A stretch of DNA of 25,502 nt from Lentisphaeria bacterium (GTDB lineage Bacteria > Verrucomicrobiota > Lentisphaeria > JABSQK01 > JAWLHB01): NCBI GenBank assembly GCA_041690595.1, contig JAWLHB010000035.1, forward strand, positions 62,001 to 87,502, written 5' to 3'. Positions within the stretch are counted from its first letter, which is position 1; each line of letters begins with the position of its first letter. The position numbers were made by a program, and so were the translations under genes. The notes under the pieces were generated by a model. That model saw only the letters and a program-made list of their open reading frames with translations. It was not told where the DNA came from and searched no databases. Of this stretch, positions 1 through 9,443 are shown piece by piece.

Positions 1-1
1 G

Positions 2-277
2 AAAATCCGCGGGCAGTGCGTACAGGTCAAACATGGTTGTGAAACGAACATCGGGCGACTTGCGCTCGAGCATCCAGTTACCAATGTCGCGCCTTACGGT
101 TGTGTAGGCGTTCGACAGGCGGAATCCGCCCCGGAACTGGCGAGCAAGCCTGTTCTTCTTGCTGGTCAGGACAGATCGAGGCTCTGCCCACACGCCGAAC
201 TGGCTAAGGTGAGGAGCCAGAACTCTCTTGACAAAGCGTTCTTCCGTCAAGCCTTCCGTCGTTACGCAAACGTTCAT
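2..277 (-). CDS. DUF4276-family (TOPRIM-like) protein, N-terminal part; runs off the window edge
   Basis: Not in the ORF track. Manual translation from the ATG at 277 (ATGA overlap with the ATPase stop) gives MNVCVTTEGLTEERFVKRVLAPHLSQFGV...RGG...VRRDI...RFTTMFDLYALPADF. The EGxTE...F...LxPxL and TTMxDxYxLPxDF motifs are typical of DUF4276. The frame is open to the window start. Confidence 0.85.
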   Translation of the reverse strand, partial: MNVCVTTEGLTEERFVKRVLAPHLSQFGVWAEPRSVLTSKKNRLARQFRGGFRLSNAYTTVRRDIGNWMLERKSPDVRFTTMFDLYALPADF

Positions 278-1398
278 GGTTTTCCCCCCAGAACGTTCTT
301 CTCCCATAACTCGCTCAACGTATACTCCTGCAACCATGAGCCGAGTCTCTCCGCATCGAGCCGCTTCAACACACTCTTTGATTTGGGGTCGCGCTCGATG
401 ATGACGATACTCTCCGGGTCGAATTCATCCACGAGTTGAGGCGATTGCGTCGACAAGATGACCTGCGAATGCTGGCAAGCTCGTTTCACCATAGCACAAA
501 GCGCATTGAGTGCGGAGGGATGAAGCCCCAGTTCGGGCTCATCCAGAATAATGACGGCGGGAAGATCGCTGGGAGGCTGCAGCAGCAACGTTGTCAGAGC
601 GATGAAACGCAGAGTACCGTCGGATAGCTGATGGGGGCCGAAGATGAGATCTGAGCCCATCTCGCGCCACTCAAGCATGATGTTGTTGTCCCGAAGTTTA
701 AGCGGGTGCAGGTCGAAGTCGCCGAAAAGAGGAAAGGCCAGGCGTACATGCCGGACAATGCGTTCGTAATAGCTTCTGGTTTCTTTGTTCTCCCCCATGG
801 CATGCAGGTAGGCCGCCAGATTTCCCGCATCGCTCCTCAAATACCTGTTGTCGTTGATGTAGCCACTTTGCCGAATCTTCGCCGAGGCGGATGTATCATG
901 GAACTGGTAGACTCGGCAGTTGCCGATAATGCCACGCATCACCTTGCAGGTGTGGCTATCGGAATCAGCCAGTTGGCTTTCTTCCTTTCCCACATCCAAA
1001 TGGTGTTCTGACGGCTGAGGATGGTCTTTTCTGGAATAGTTCACGACCTCGCGCGTGAAGATCAACCGGTCTCTTGCGGCGTATGCCAGCGTTATCCCAT
1101 AGCTGCTCGTCGTATCTGAAGTCTCGAAAACCAGATCGACTGCACAGTGATTGGTCGTCTTCACTCCATAGTGGAGGAGGGCATCCGGCCCTCCCGATCG
1201 CCCTACAAACTCCGCAAGCCCCTGATTTGTCAGAAAGTTCAGCAGTTGGAAGAGCGACACCAGATTGCTCTTGCCCGAGCCATTGGCCCCGAGCAGCACC
1301 GTAACGTCGCCAACCTCCAGAGTCTGGGGCTCGGAGCCAAAAGACTTGTATCCGGATACAGTCACGGATTTCAACTTCGCTGGTTTCGTTTTGGCCAT
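274..1398 (-). CDS. ABC-type (AAA_21/AAA_15-like) ATPase, 374 aa
   Basis: Walker A GANGSGKS, signature-like LSDGT, Walker B/D-loop IILDEPELGLHP, switch STQSP, C-terminal LSELWEKNVLGG. No membrane segments. Translationally coupled to the DUF4276 gene. Confidence 0.9.
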   Translation of the reverse strand: MAKTKPAKLKSVTVSGYKSFGSEPQTLEVGDVTVLLGANGSGKSNLVSLFQLLNFLTNQGLAEFVGRSGGPDALLHYGVKTTNHCAVDLVFETSDTTSSYGITLAYAARDRLIFTREVVNYSRKDHPQPSEHHLDVGKEESQLADSDSHTCKVMRGIIGNCRVYQFHDTSASAKIRQSGYINDNRYLRSDAGNLAAYLHAMGENKETRSYYERIVRHVRLAFPLFGDFDLHPLKLRDNNIMLEWREMGSDLIFGPHQLSDGTLRFIALTTLLLQPPSDLPAVIILDEPELGLHPSALNALCAMVKRACQHSQVILSTQSPQLVDEFDPESIVIIERDPKSKSVLKRLDAERLGSWLQEYTLSELWEKNVLGGKP

Positions 1399-1898
1399 CG
1401 TACCATCATCCTGTCTTGCGCCTTCTCACATGCGCTTGTGGAGTTCTCCTTACGAGGAGGGGGACCTTCCAAGTGTCGCCGTGGCGCTTGAGGTTGGTCT
1501 GCCGTCTGAGGTCATATGCAACTCCTGTTCCCCCGCTCAGTTGTGCGATGACGCTGCATTGATGTCTTACGGTAGCGCGACTTCACCACGGTACAAGACC
1601 GAGATGATCGCTGCTTTGATCGCCGCGGGGGGCGGTGTGGCGTCTGCGCCACTACCGCCACCTGTTCCTGGAAAGGGTGGCCACAAATGCGGGCATCTTC
1701 TGGCTATTCAGCGTGGCTCAATCCGGGGGCGCGGAGAGGGGCTGCAATCTGGCAGTTCAGCGGAGGGGGCAGGGAGCCTGGAATCCGCAGTGGGTGGGCT
1801 GGCGTTCGGCGTCTGCAATGCGGTGAGACAGCCTTGACTTTTGCGGGGGTGGGGGTATTGGTTCGGCTTGCCCAGAGCCCTATCACACAGGCGTCATC

Positions 1899-3146
1899 AT
1901 GACTCTACTTCCACCTACCCGATCACGACTTGTGCCCTGCATTGCCGCGTTGGCGGCGGTGCTGGTTTTCTCGCTGTCGGCCAATCTTCTGCCCGCGGCG
2001 ATCATTCGTCTGGCGGAGGAGTTTGGGGTCAGCGAGAATAGCCTGGCAAAGATCTACGCGGTGCAGTTCAGCGCCTTCTTCGTGACGACGCTGCTGGCGG
2101 GCATCGTCTGCGACAAGTTTGGGAAGCGAATGCCGCTGACGGCGGCGGCTCTGGTGACCGCGGTTGGGGCATGGATCTGGGGAACGGCGCCCGGCATTCC
2201 GCAGGCGTATCTGGGGGCGGCGTTGATGGGGATGGGCGGAGGTGTCATCGAGAGCATGAGTTCGGCGTTGCTGAGCGAGCTTTATCCGACGCGCCGGAAG
2301 CTGCTGCTCAACCTGTCGCAGATCGTCTATTGCACAGGGGCGATAGGTGGGCCGGCGCTGATGGGCTATTTTCTGCCGAGGGGGGTATCCTGGCGCATCT
2401 TTTTCATGACGCTGGCGGTGATAGCGGTTGCCCTGCTGGTGCTCTTTCTGCTGTCGCGCCTGCCGGCGCCGGACCATGAGGACCGGGTGGATCTTCGGAA
2501 GCTGAAAGTGGTGGCGGGGCGCCGCAGCTTCATCATACCCTGCCTGGCGCTCTTCGGCTACGTCTTTTCGGAGTCGGCGGTGGTTTCTTTCTGCAATCCG
2601 TACCTGCACGAGCGCCTGGGAGCACCGGAGAATTGGGCCATCTACTCCATCTCGATCGTCTGGGGCGCCATGGCGCTGGGACGCGGTATCTGTGCCATAC
2701 TGCCGGAATCGCTCTCTTTCGAAAAGGTGGCCGCGGGGCTGATGCTGATGGCGGGGGGGACACTGGTGGCGCAGGCCTGGATCCCGGTCTGGCAGGTGAG
2801 CATCGTCTTTTTCGGCCTGAGCGGTCTGGCCTTTGCGGGCACGTGGCCGCTGGTTGTGGGGCTGGCGGCCAACCGCAACCCCCGGCACACCAGTTCGGTA
2901 TTGGGCATTGTCATCGCTACGGGGGCGCTCGGCTGCGTTGTCGCGCCGCCGACCATGGCGCTGCTGCTCGAGACGTTGCCGGCTTCGTGGGCGTATCCCC
3001 TTTGTTCGATCCCCATCTGGCTCAGTGCGGGCGCGGTGCTCTGGCTGGCCCGTGAGCCTATCCACCTGGCTCACGCATCGGTCAAACACCGGGCACAGGC
3101 GGTTAAGGAGAGGCTGGCTGGCGCCCGACATGGCGAAGAGAGCTGA
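1899..3146 (+). CDS. Major facilitator superfamily transporter (FucP/TsgA-like), 415 aa
   Basis: About 12 hydrophobic segments; MFS motif A-like GIVCDKFGKR; GMGGG in TM4; central hydrophilic loop. Confidence 0.88.
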   Translation: MTLLPPTRSRLVPCIAALAAVLVFSLSANLLPAAIIRLAEEFGVSENSLAKIYAVQFSAFFVTTLLAGIVCDKFGKRMPLTAAALVTAVGAWIWGTAPGIPQAYLGAALMGMGGGVIESMSSALLSELYPTRRKLLLNLSQIVYCTGAIGGPALMGYFLPRGVSWRIFFMTLAVIAVALLVLFLLSRLPAPDHEDRVDLRKLKVVAGRRSFIIPCLALFGYVFSESAVVSFCNPYLHERLGAPENWAIYSISIVWGAMALGRGICAILPESLSFEKVAAGLMLMAGGTLVAQAWIPVWQVSIVFFGLSGLAFAGTWPLVVGLAANRNPRHTSSVLGIVIATGALGCVVAPPTMALLLETLPASWAYPLCSIPIWLSAGAVLWLAREPIHLAHASVKHRAQAVKERLAGARHGEES

Positions 3147-3152
3147 AGAGCC

Positions 3153-3181
3153 TTGACCGTCCGGCTGGCGGTGGGTATATT
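3153..3181 (+). promoter_or_regulatory. sigma70-type promoter for gatCAB
   Basis: TTGACC (3153-3158), 17-nt spacer, TATATT (3176-3181); GGAG RBS at about 3209-3212 before the gatC ATG. Confidence 0.65.
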
Positions 3182-3220
3182 GACCCTTTTCCCAGATGGA
3201 ACCTACAGGGAGTCTTGCTG

Positions 3221-3538
3221 ATGGCCACACCGGCCCACGACGTGGATATTGCCCATACCGCCCTCCTCGCCCGATTGGAGCTGACGGACGCCGAGAAGTC
3301 CGCCATGCAGCATGAGATCGAAGACATCGTCGGATACGTTCGCCTGCTGCAGGAGGTTGACGTGGATGGCGTGGAGCCGACGGCGCATGCGGCGCCGGTT
3401 CATAACGTTTTCCGCAAGGACGCGAGTGCTCCCTCCATGGCCCATGAGCGCATGATGGACAATGCGCCGGATACCATCGATGACGAGTTGATCAAGGTGC
3501 CGGTCGTTCTGGGCGGCGACGAACCGGGGAGTGCATGA
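3221..3538 (+). CDS. gatC: Asp-tRNA(Asn)/Glu-tRNA(Gln) amidotransferase subunit C
   Basis: [12 protein letters not shown]...[19 protein letters not shown]...NVFRKD...NAPD...KVPVVL. First gene of the gatC-A-B order. ATG at 3221 chosen from RBS spacing. Confidence 0.93.
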   Translation: MATPAHDVDIAHTALLARLELTDAEKSAMQHEIEDIVGYVRLLQEVDVDGVEPTAHAAPVHNVFRKDASAPSMAHERMMDNAPDTIDDELIKVPVVLGGDEPGSA

Positions 3539-5016
3539 AGATGGCCAACTTTGTCGCCAAACCCGCTCCCGCGACGCTGCACGCGGCCGCTGATGCGCTG
3601 GCTGCCGGCACCACCAGCAGCCGCCAGCTCGCGCACGACCTGCTGGAACGATATCGGGTGGTCGATGGCACGATCCATGGCTTCCTGCGCGTCGATGAGG
3701 CCGCCATCCTGGCCCAGGCCGACGCGGCCGACGCACGCCGCGCCGCCGGCAAGGCGCTGGGGCGCTTCGATGGGGTGCCGATCGCGATCAAGGATAACAT
3801 CTCGATCGACGGTCAACCCTGCACCTGCGCCTCGAAGCTGCTCGAAGGCTATACTGCCGCCTATGACGCGACGGTCATCGCCAGGCTGCGCGAGGCAGGC
3901 TTTGTCTTCTTCGGCCAGACCAACATGGATGAGTTCGCGATGGGGTCGTCGACCGAGCACAGCGCCTGGTTTCCCACCTGCAATCCCTGGAATACCGACT
4001 GCGTACCGGGCGGCTCCAGCGGCGGTTCGGCCGCTGTGGTCGCCTCCGGACAAGCGCTGGGAGCGCTCGGCAGCGACACCGGTGGCTCCATTCGCCAGCC
4101 GGCCGGCTTCTGCGGCATCGTCGGCCTCAAGCCAACCTACGGACGCGTCTCGCGCTTTGGGCTCGTGGCCTTTGCCTCCTCCCTCGACCAGATCGGCCCG
4201 CTGACCCATGACGTACGGGATGCAGCCCTGCTCCTGGATCTCATCGGCGGCCATGATCCGAACGACTCGACGAGCCTCGATCTGCCCGCCACCGACTTCG
4301 AGGCGGCGCTGGGCAATGTCGACGTCAAGGGGCTGCGCATCGGTCTGCCGCGGGAGTACATGGAGGTCGAAGGGCTTTCGGACGAGGTTCGGCAAGCGGT
4401 GGAGCAGACGCGCGACGCTTTTGCCAAGGCCGGCGCGACCATTGTCGAGGTCAGCCTCCCTCGGACCAAATACGCGGTGGCGACCTACTACGTGATCGCG
4501 ACTGCCGAGGCGAGCAGCAATCTCGCCCGCTTCGATGGGATCCGCTATGGACGCCGGGCGAAGGATGCGACCAACCTTCTGGACACCTACTTCAAGAGCC
4601 GCGAACAGGGCTTCGGCGATGAAGTGAAGCGCCGCATCCTGCTGGGCACTTACGTGCTGAGCAGCGGCTACTACGATGCCTATTACCTGCGGGCGCAGAA
4701 GGTGCGGACCCTGATTCGCCAAGACTTCAGGGCGGCTTTCGAGCAATGCGACGCGATCCTCGGTCCGGTGGCGCCTACTACCGCCTTTCGTTCGGGCGAG
4801 TTCACGGATCCCCTGCAGATGTATCTGGCGGACATCTATACCATTCCGGTCAACCTCGCCGGCAACTGCGCCATCTCGGTTCCGGTCGGCGTCGCGTCCT
4901 CGGGATTGCCGCTGAGCGTGCAGCTGATCGGCGATGCGCTGGGGGAATCGACCATACTTCGGGCCGCCCAGTGGCTCACCACAACCGGTTCACCCATGCC
5001 CGCGGGCGATGCCTGA
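3535..5016 (+). CDS. gatA: Glu-tRNA(Gln) amidotransferase subunit A (amidase signature)
   Basis: [81 protein letters not shown] overlap with gatC. Confidence 0.97.
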   Translation: MKMANFVAKPAPATLHAAADALAAGTTSSRQLAHDLLERYRVVDGTIHGFLRVDEAAILAQADAADARRAAGKALGRFDGVPIAIKDNISIDGQPCTCASKLLEGYTAAYDATVIARLREAGFVFFGQTNMDEFAMGSSTEHSAWFPTCNPWNTDCVPGGSSGGSAAVVASGQALGALGSDTGGSIRQPAGFCGIVGLKPTYGRVSRFGLVAFASSLDQIGPLTHDVRDAALLLDLIGGHDPNDSTSLDLPATDFEAALGNVDVKGLRIGLPREYMEVEGLSDEVRQAVEQTRDAFAKAGATIVEVSLPRTKYAVATYYVIATAEASSNLARFDGIRYGRRAKDATNLLDTYFKSREQGFGDEVKRRILLGTYVLSSGYYDAYYLRAQKVRTLIRQDFRAAFEQCDAILGPVAPTTAFRSGEFTDPLQMYLADIYTIPVNLAGNCAISVPVGVASSGLPLSVQLIGDALGESTILRAAQWLTTTGSPMPAGDA

Positions 5017-5029
5017 GAGGAGTGCCACC

Positions 5030-6469
5030 ATGCAATACGACATCGTCATCGGCCTTGAAGTGCACGTGCAGATCCGCACGGACATGAAGATGTTCTGCCG
5101 TTGCGCCAACCGCTTCGGGGCGGCGCCCAACACCCTCGTCTGCCCGATCTGCCTGGGCTATCCGGGGGTGCTGCCGGTTCCCAACGAGCAGGCCATTCGC
5201 CGGACGCTGCTTGCCGGCATGATGTGCAACTGCGAGCTGGCGGCCTGGTCGAAGTTCGACCGCAAGAGCTATTTCTACCCGGACATGCCCAAGAACTACC
5301 AGCTTTCGCAGTACGATCTGCCCCTCTGTGGGCGGGGCCATCTGCGGATCGAAGGCAAGTCGTTGATCGGCGACGTGGGGCCCAAGGATGTCGGCATCAC
5401 CCGCATTCATCTGGAAGAGGATACCGGCAAGCTGACTCACTTCGCGCAATCCAGCGGGGTGGACTTCAATCGCGCCGGCATGCCGTTGATGGAGATCGTT
5501 TCCGAGCCCGACATCTCCTCGGCGGACGAAGCCTATGCGTACCTCGTCGCTCTGCGCCAAGTCATGCAGTATGCGGATATTTCCGACTGCGACATGGAGA
5601 AGGGGCAGATGCGGTGCGACGTCAACATTTCGCTCAAGCTGCCGGGCGCTACGGCGTTCAACAAGAAGACGGAGGTGAAGAACCTCAACTCGTTCAAGGC
5701 GGTGCACCGCGCCATCGAGTACGAGATCGAGCGGCAGGCCGAGATTCTGGAAGAGGGGGGGCAGTTCATCCAGGCGACCCGCGGCTGGAACGACGTTCTC
5801 GGCGAGACCTATGTCCAGCGGATAAAGGAAGATGCCGAGGATTACCGCTACTTCCCCTGCCCGGATCTGATGCCGATGCGTATCGATGACGAGCTGCTGG
5901 ACGAGCTGCGCTGCACCATGGCGGAGACCCCTGCCAGGCGGCGCGAACGCTTTGCCCGCGACCTGGAGTTGCCGGCTTACGACGCGCACGTGCTCACCTT
6001 GGAGAAGGCGACGGCTGACTATTTCGAGGCGTGCGTCGCGGCCGGAGCGCCGGCCAAGCAGGCTTCCAACTGGATCATGGGCGAGATCCTGCGCCATCTC
6101 TCCGAGACGGACACCCCGATGACCGGCTATCCGGTCCGGCCCGAGGAACTGGCCAAGCTGATCGGTCTGATCGAGAAGGGGACCATCAATCAGGGGCAGG
6201 GGCGCAAGATTCTGGCCCAGATGGTTGCCGAAGGGGGTGAGCCGGAAGCCATTGCCCGCGAGAAGGGTTGGGTGCAGGAGAGCAACGAAGGCGTTATCGC
6301 CGATTTCGTGCGTCAGGCCATAGCCGCCAATCCCGGTCCTGCCCAGGAGGTGCGTGAAGGAAACGCCAAGGCGCTCAACTTCCTGATGGGCCAGGTGATG
6401 CGGCTGAGCCGCGGCAAGGCCAATCCCCAGGTCGTCATGCAACTCCTCGAGAACGAACTCACCGGTTGA
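5030..6469 (+). CDS. gatB: Asp-tRNA(Asn)/Glu-tRNA(Gln) amidotransferase subunit B
   Basis: VIGLEVHVQ, FDRKSYFYPDMPKNYQLSQ, RIHLEEDTGK, DFNRAGMPLMEIVSEP, EVKNLNS, DYRYFP, C-terminal YqeY-like FLMGQVMRLSRGKANP. Start at ATG 5030 after GAGGAG. Confidence 0.97.
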   Translation: MQYDIVIGLEVHVQIRTDMKMFCRCANRFGAAPNTLVCPICLGYPGVLPVPNEQAIRRTLLAGMMCNCELAAWSKFDRKSYFYPDMPKNYQLSQYDLPLCGRGHLRIEGKSLIGDVGPKDVGITRIHLEEDTGKLTHFAQSSGVDFNRAGMPLMEIVSEPDISSADEAYAYLVALRQVMQYADISDCDMEKGQMRCDVNISLKLPGATAFNKKTEVKNLNSFKAVHRAIEYEIERQAEILEEGGQFIQATRGWNDVLGETYVQRIKEDAEDYRYFPCPDLMPMRIDDELLDELRCTMAETPARRRERFARDLELPAYDAHVLTLEKATADYFEACVAAGAPAKQASNWIMGEILRHLSETDTPMTGYPVRPEELAKLIGLIEKGTINQGQGRKILAQMVAEGGEPEAIAREKGWVQESNEGVIADFVRQAIAANPGPAQEVREGNAKALNFLMGQVMRLSRGKANPQVVMQLLENELTG

Positions 6470-6485
6470 GAACCTCCGGGCGGCG

Positions 6486-8009
6486 TCAGCCCTCGTCGCT
6501 CAGAATGGCATTGCATTCGGCCTGCAGGCGCTGATCGGCATCGGAGAGGCGCTGTCGGCGTTCGGCTTGCGCCGTGGAACAGAGCTGCAGCAGCTCCCGC
6601 CGCCTGGCAGCGAGGCGACGGGTTTCGTCAGGATGGGGATCGCCAAGCGCTTGGTGCTTCTCGAAGAAGTGCGCCAGGCCCATGTTCTCCTGGACCTGAT
6701 CATCGCTGAGCCGGGGCTCGGGCTCATGGGTGATCCGGGCGGCTTCATCGAGCAGCGCTCCGGTCATCTCCTGGGGCTTGAGCCGGCGTTCACGGGCCAG
6801 GCGGACGAAGTTGCAGCAGATGCGGTGTGCACGGCGACCGCCGTAACCCTTCTCGCGAATGAGCATGATGGCAAGGTCGGGTGCTCCCGAATACCCGTTC
6901 TGGACGATCTCGAGCATGCGCTCCCGATTGATCTGCAGCGTTGAGATCAGGCAGCGCAGGAGGCCGATCCCCTGCCTCGCCCAGGCCGTGGCGTGGAGCA
7001 CATGCCGGGGCGCCTTGTAGACCGGAAGGACATCCTGAATGGATTCGCCCTTGAAGGTGGTCACCGCTTTCATCATCTCCCCAAGCACCTCGTCGGCGGC
7101 AATTCGCACATTCTCGAACATGCCGCCGTGGGCCTTCTGCGGCATGAAGGAGCTGACGCCTTGCCATTCCGGGGCCGGGTGCACCATGTTGATCTCTTCC
7201 AGAGTCCAGATGCTGTGATCCATGCTGGTGCGACTCAGGGTAAGCGCCAGGCTCGACAGGGCGAACATGATTTGCGGTATCTCATCCTGGCTGCCCTCGC
7301 AGTCGTAGGCGACCTCGATGGTGCTGTCGAAGCCCAGCAGCGCGGTCACCAGCTCGCGGTCGACGGGCCAGCCGGTGCCGGAACAGGCTCCGCAGCCGCC
7401 GCTGTTCTGATTGGTGTGGCGATAGGCCAGGTCGAGCTGGTCGAGAGCGCGCACCAGCCCATCGTGAACCGCCAGCAGGTACGCGCCGTATGTCGTTGGC
7501 TGCGCATGGGAGAAATGGCTCTGTCCCGCCATCATGGCATCGGCATACGTCTCTGCCTGGTCGAGGAGCGCCTGGAGGAGCGGCAGAGCTTCGTCAACCA
7601 CCTCGAGAATGGCCTCCCGCATCATCATGCGATACATCGGCTCCTGCAGCGTACGCCCATAGTTGACGGCGCTGGCGGTATCTTCATCGCCGTCCAGTCT
7701 CTGCATGATCCATTCTTCACCGCCCCATCCCTTCTCGACCTGGCTTTGGGGGAGCACCCGCAGGAGCTTGACGGCAGTGTCGCGAGAGATGAGCCCCTGC
7801 CTGACCAGCATCACCGTCCAGGCCATGTCCATCTTGCCGCAGGCGGGCAGGCGATTGTGAAAGCGGCCCGCTTCCCGGCCGGGGAGCCCCATGTACCAGG
7901 AGTAGCCCTCGGGCAAGGGGGCGCCGGGGGTGTGTTGGCGGTGGTCGGTGCGAGACTGATAGGCGGCATAATCGAAGTCGGCGGGCAAGCCGGGTTCAGG
8001 CAGATGCAT
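6486..8009 (-). CDS. Argininosuccinate-lyase-like C-N lyase (fumarase/aspartase superfamily), divergent from true ArgH
   Basis: SHFSHAQPTT (C2 region), SSFMPQK (C3 signature), GACSGTGWPVDRE, RRAH helix. ATG at 8009 with GGAG RBS; overlaps the upstream gene by 14 nt. Confidence 0.85.
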   Translation of the reverse strand: MHLPEPGLPADFDYAAYQSRTDHRQHTPGAPLPEGYSWYMGLPGREAGRFHNRLPACGKMDMAWTVMLVRQGLISRDTAVKLLRVLPQSQVEKGWGGEEWIMQRLDGDEDTASAVNYGRTLQEPMYRMMMREAILEVVDEALPLLQALLDQAETYADAMMAGQSHFSHAQPTTYGAYLLAVHDGLVRALDQLDLAYRHTNQNSGGCGACSGTGWPVDRELVTALLGFDSTIEVAYDCEGSQDEIPQIMFALSSLALTLSRTSMDHSIWTLEEINMVHPAPEWQGVSSFMPQKAHGGMFENVRIAADEVLGEMMKAVTTFKGESIQDVLPVYKAPRHVLHATAWARQGIGLLRCLISTLQINRERMLEIVQNGYSGAPDLAIMLIREKGYGGRRAHRICCNFVRLARERRLKPQEMTGALLDEAARITHEPEPRLSDDQVQENMGLAHFFEKHQALGDPHPDETRRLAARRRELLQLCSTAQAERRQRLSDADQRLQAECNAILSDEG

Positions 8010-9339
8010 GGAGGTACTCCTTGGCAAAGTCAGTGATTGTGGGGAGGCTGTCGAGATTCAGGATAGCCACCGCCAGCTCCGCGCGGCCCGTGTTGTCGAC
8101 GAACTTCCGCATCAGCTCTTCGTCGCTGAAGGCTGTTGGATGCAGGACGTCGTCTCGCCGGCGGCTGGCCTCGAGCAGGCGACCATCGCGGGTGTGAAGG
8201 CGGAGGGTCGGCGCACCCGAGGGGTGCGCGACCTCGGAGACCGTGATGCGCTGCGCCAGCTCACTCACCTCTCGATCATTCCGGATCTGCTCCTCGGCGA
8301 TCTCGGCCGGCCCGAAGCGGCGGTACTTGATGGCGGCGGCGACCTCATAGGCAGCGCAGAACTGTGCCTGCTCCTGCGTCGGCTCGGCCGGATCCCATGG
8401 CAGGCCCACAAATGGGCCCGCAACGCCAAAAAGCTCTGCCGAGGTGATCTGATCCGGCCGCAGCTCGTGCTCGTTGACCAGCTCGATGGCGGCTGCAAGC
8501 AGCGGATGACTCCCTCCGCAGCAGGAGAAGCGCTTGAAGCTCAGTCGCTCGATCTGCCAACCCTCTTCCTGGCGGGCGATCACTTCCGGCCCAGGCGCCT
8601 GCTCCGCCTTCGACCCATAAAGCGCATAAAGCCCGGCACTCCCTTCCACGACCCGATGCGCGCCAGTCAGACCGCGTGCGGCAAAGCATGCCGACTCCAC
8701 GCCCGAGCGTGCCGCAATCGCCGGCTGCAGCCGTTTTGCCAGCGTCTGGTCGAAGAGTGCCTGCCGATTTCCACTGAGATGGGCGTACGCCAGACCGAAG
8801 GCATGAGCGGTGACTTCCGGCTTCAGTCCCATCAGTCGTGCCGCCGCTCCGGCCGCACCGAAGACGCCGAAGACCGTGGTGGGCAGAAAGCCGTGGCGGA
8901 AGGGGCCCGCCAGCGCGGGCATCCCCAGACGCGCCGCGACCTCAACACCCATGGCGACCGCCTCCAGAACGGCTTTTCCCGACGCTCCTTCCGACTCCCC
9001 CACCGCCAGGGCCACCGGCACGATCATGCTCGTCAGATGGGTGATGGACGGAATATGCACGTCATCGAGATCGAGTGCATGCACAGCGACGCTGTTGGCA
9101 AAAGCCGCCGCCGGTGCAGGCAGCCGCGCCCCCCGCCACCAGACGGTTGCCTCCGCCCTTCCACTCCAGTCGAGAAGTTGCGTGACCACTTTCTCGACCC
9201 CCGGCGCTCGCCGCCCCGCAAAAGCGCAGCCAACTGCGTCGAGCAGCGCCCGCCGGGAGGCATGCAGCGCGGCCTCCGGCAAATCCCGGGATTCGATCGT
9301 GAAGAATGCCAGAGCCTCGGTAACCGTCAACTCGCGCAT
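7996..9339 (-). CDS. MmgE/PrpD family protein, 447 aa
   Basis: LLDAVGCAFAG, AAFANSVAVHALDLDDVH...H, GVFGAAGAAARL, KRLQPAIAARSG...A.RGLTG, FKRFSCCGGSH. ATG at 9339 with AGGAG RBS. Confidence 0.92.
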   Translation of the reverse strand: MRELTVTEALAFFTIESRDLPEAALHASRRALLDAVGCAFAGRRAPGVEKVVTQLLDWSGRAEATVWWRGARLPAPAAAFANSVAVHALDLDDVHIPSITHLTSMIVPVALAVGESEGASGKAVLEAVAMGVEVAARLGMPALAGPFRHGFLPTTVFGVFGAAGAAARLMGLKPEVTAHAFGLAYAHLSGNRQALFDQTLAKRLQPAIAARSGVESACFAARGLTGAHRVVEGSAGLYALYGSKAEQAPGPEVIARQEEGWQIERLSFKRFSCCGGSHPLLAAAIELVNEHELRPDQITSAELFGVAGPFVGLPWDPAEPTQEQAQFCAAYEVAAAIKYRRFGPAEIAEEQIRNDREVSELAQRITVSEVAHPSGAPTLRLHTRDGRLLEASRRRDDVLHPTAFSDEELMRKFVDNTGRAELAVAILNLDSLPTITDFAKEYLHASA

Positions 9340-9353
9340 GAGCGGGCTCCTTA

Positions 9354-9369
9354 ATTTTGATATTAAAAT
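9354..9369. promoter_or_regulatory. AT-rich palindrome, candidate operator of the ROK regulator
   Basis: ATTTTGATATTAAAAT is a 16-bp palindrome with one mismatched pair. It lies in the divergent PrpD/ROK intergenic region next to the PrpD RBS. Confidence 0.55.
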
Positions 9370-9443
9370 ATAGTGCTGAAACTTCTTCTGCAAGCGCTGT
9401 GATTGCGGGTTCGACATCATTCACGGGTGGAGTATGGTTGAGG

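Noticed and set aside
1265..1837. 190-aa + strand ORF across the ATPase start and intergenic gap
   Set aside because: It overlaps the ATPase antisense, is low-complexity and has no RBS. Only a short ankyrin-like patch is retained as a weak finding.
1650..1861. Riboswitch or ncRNA upstream of the MFS gene; promoter TTGACT-N16-TATTGG
   Set aside because: No conserved riboswitch core was recognisable by eye (an Rfam/Infernal scan would settle it), and the -10 lacks the conserved final T.
1923..3230. 435-aa minus-strand ORF opposite the MFS gene
   Set aside because: Arg/Gln/His-rich shadow of a hydrophobic gene, with no protein-like features.
4934..5029. Extended ORF-track start for gatB (likewise 9420 for PrpD, 9357 for ROK, 12194 for the sulfatase and 19330 for the secreted protein)
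   Set aside because: The extensions overlap neighbouring genes or regulatory DNA. Downstream ATGs fit the family N-termini and most have RBSs.
3400..6442. Long antisense ORFs 3400-4746 (448 aa) and 4976-6442 (488 aa)
   Set aside because: They are mirror frames of gatA and gatB. High-GC codon bias removes stops on the opposite strand, and they show no recognisable motifs.
6486..8009. Calling the lyase argH
   Set aside because: The SRNDQ and KxNP motifs are altered and there is no arginine-pathway context.
7996..9339. Calling the MmgE/PrpD gene prpD (2-methylcitrate dehydratase)
   Set aside because: No prpB/prpC neighbours and an altered active-site motif; only family-level assignment is supported.
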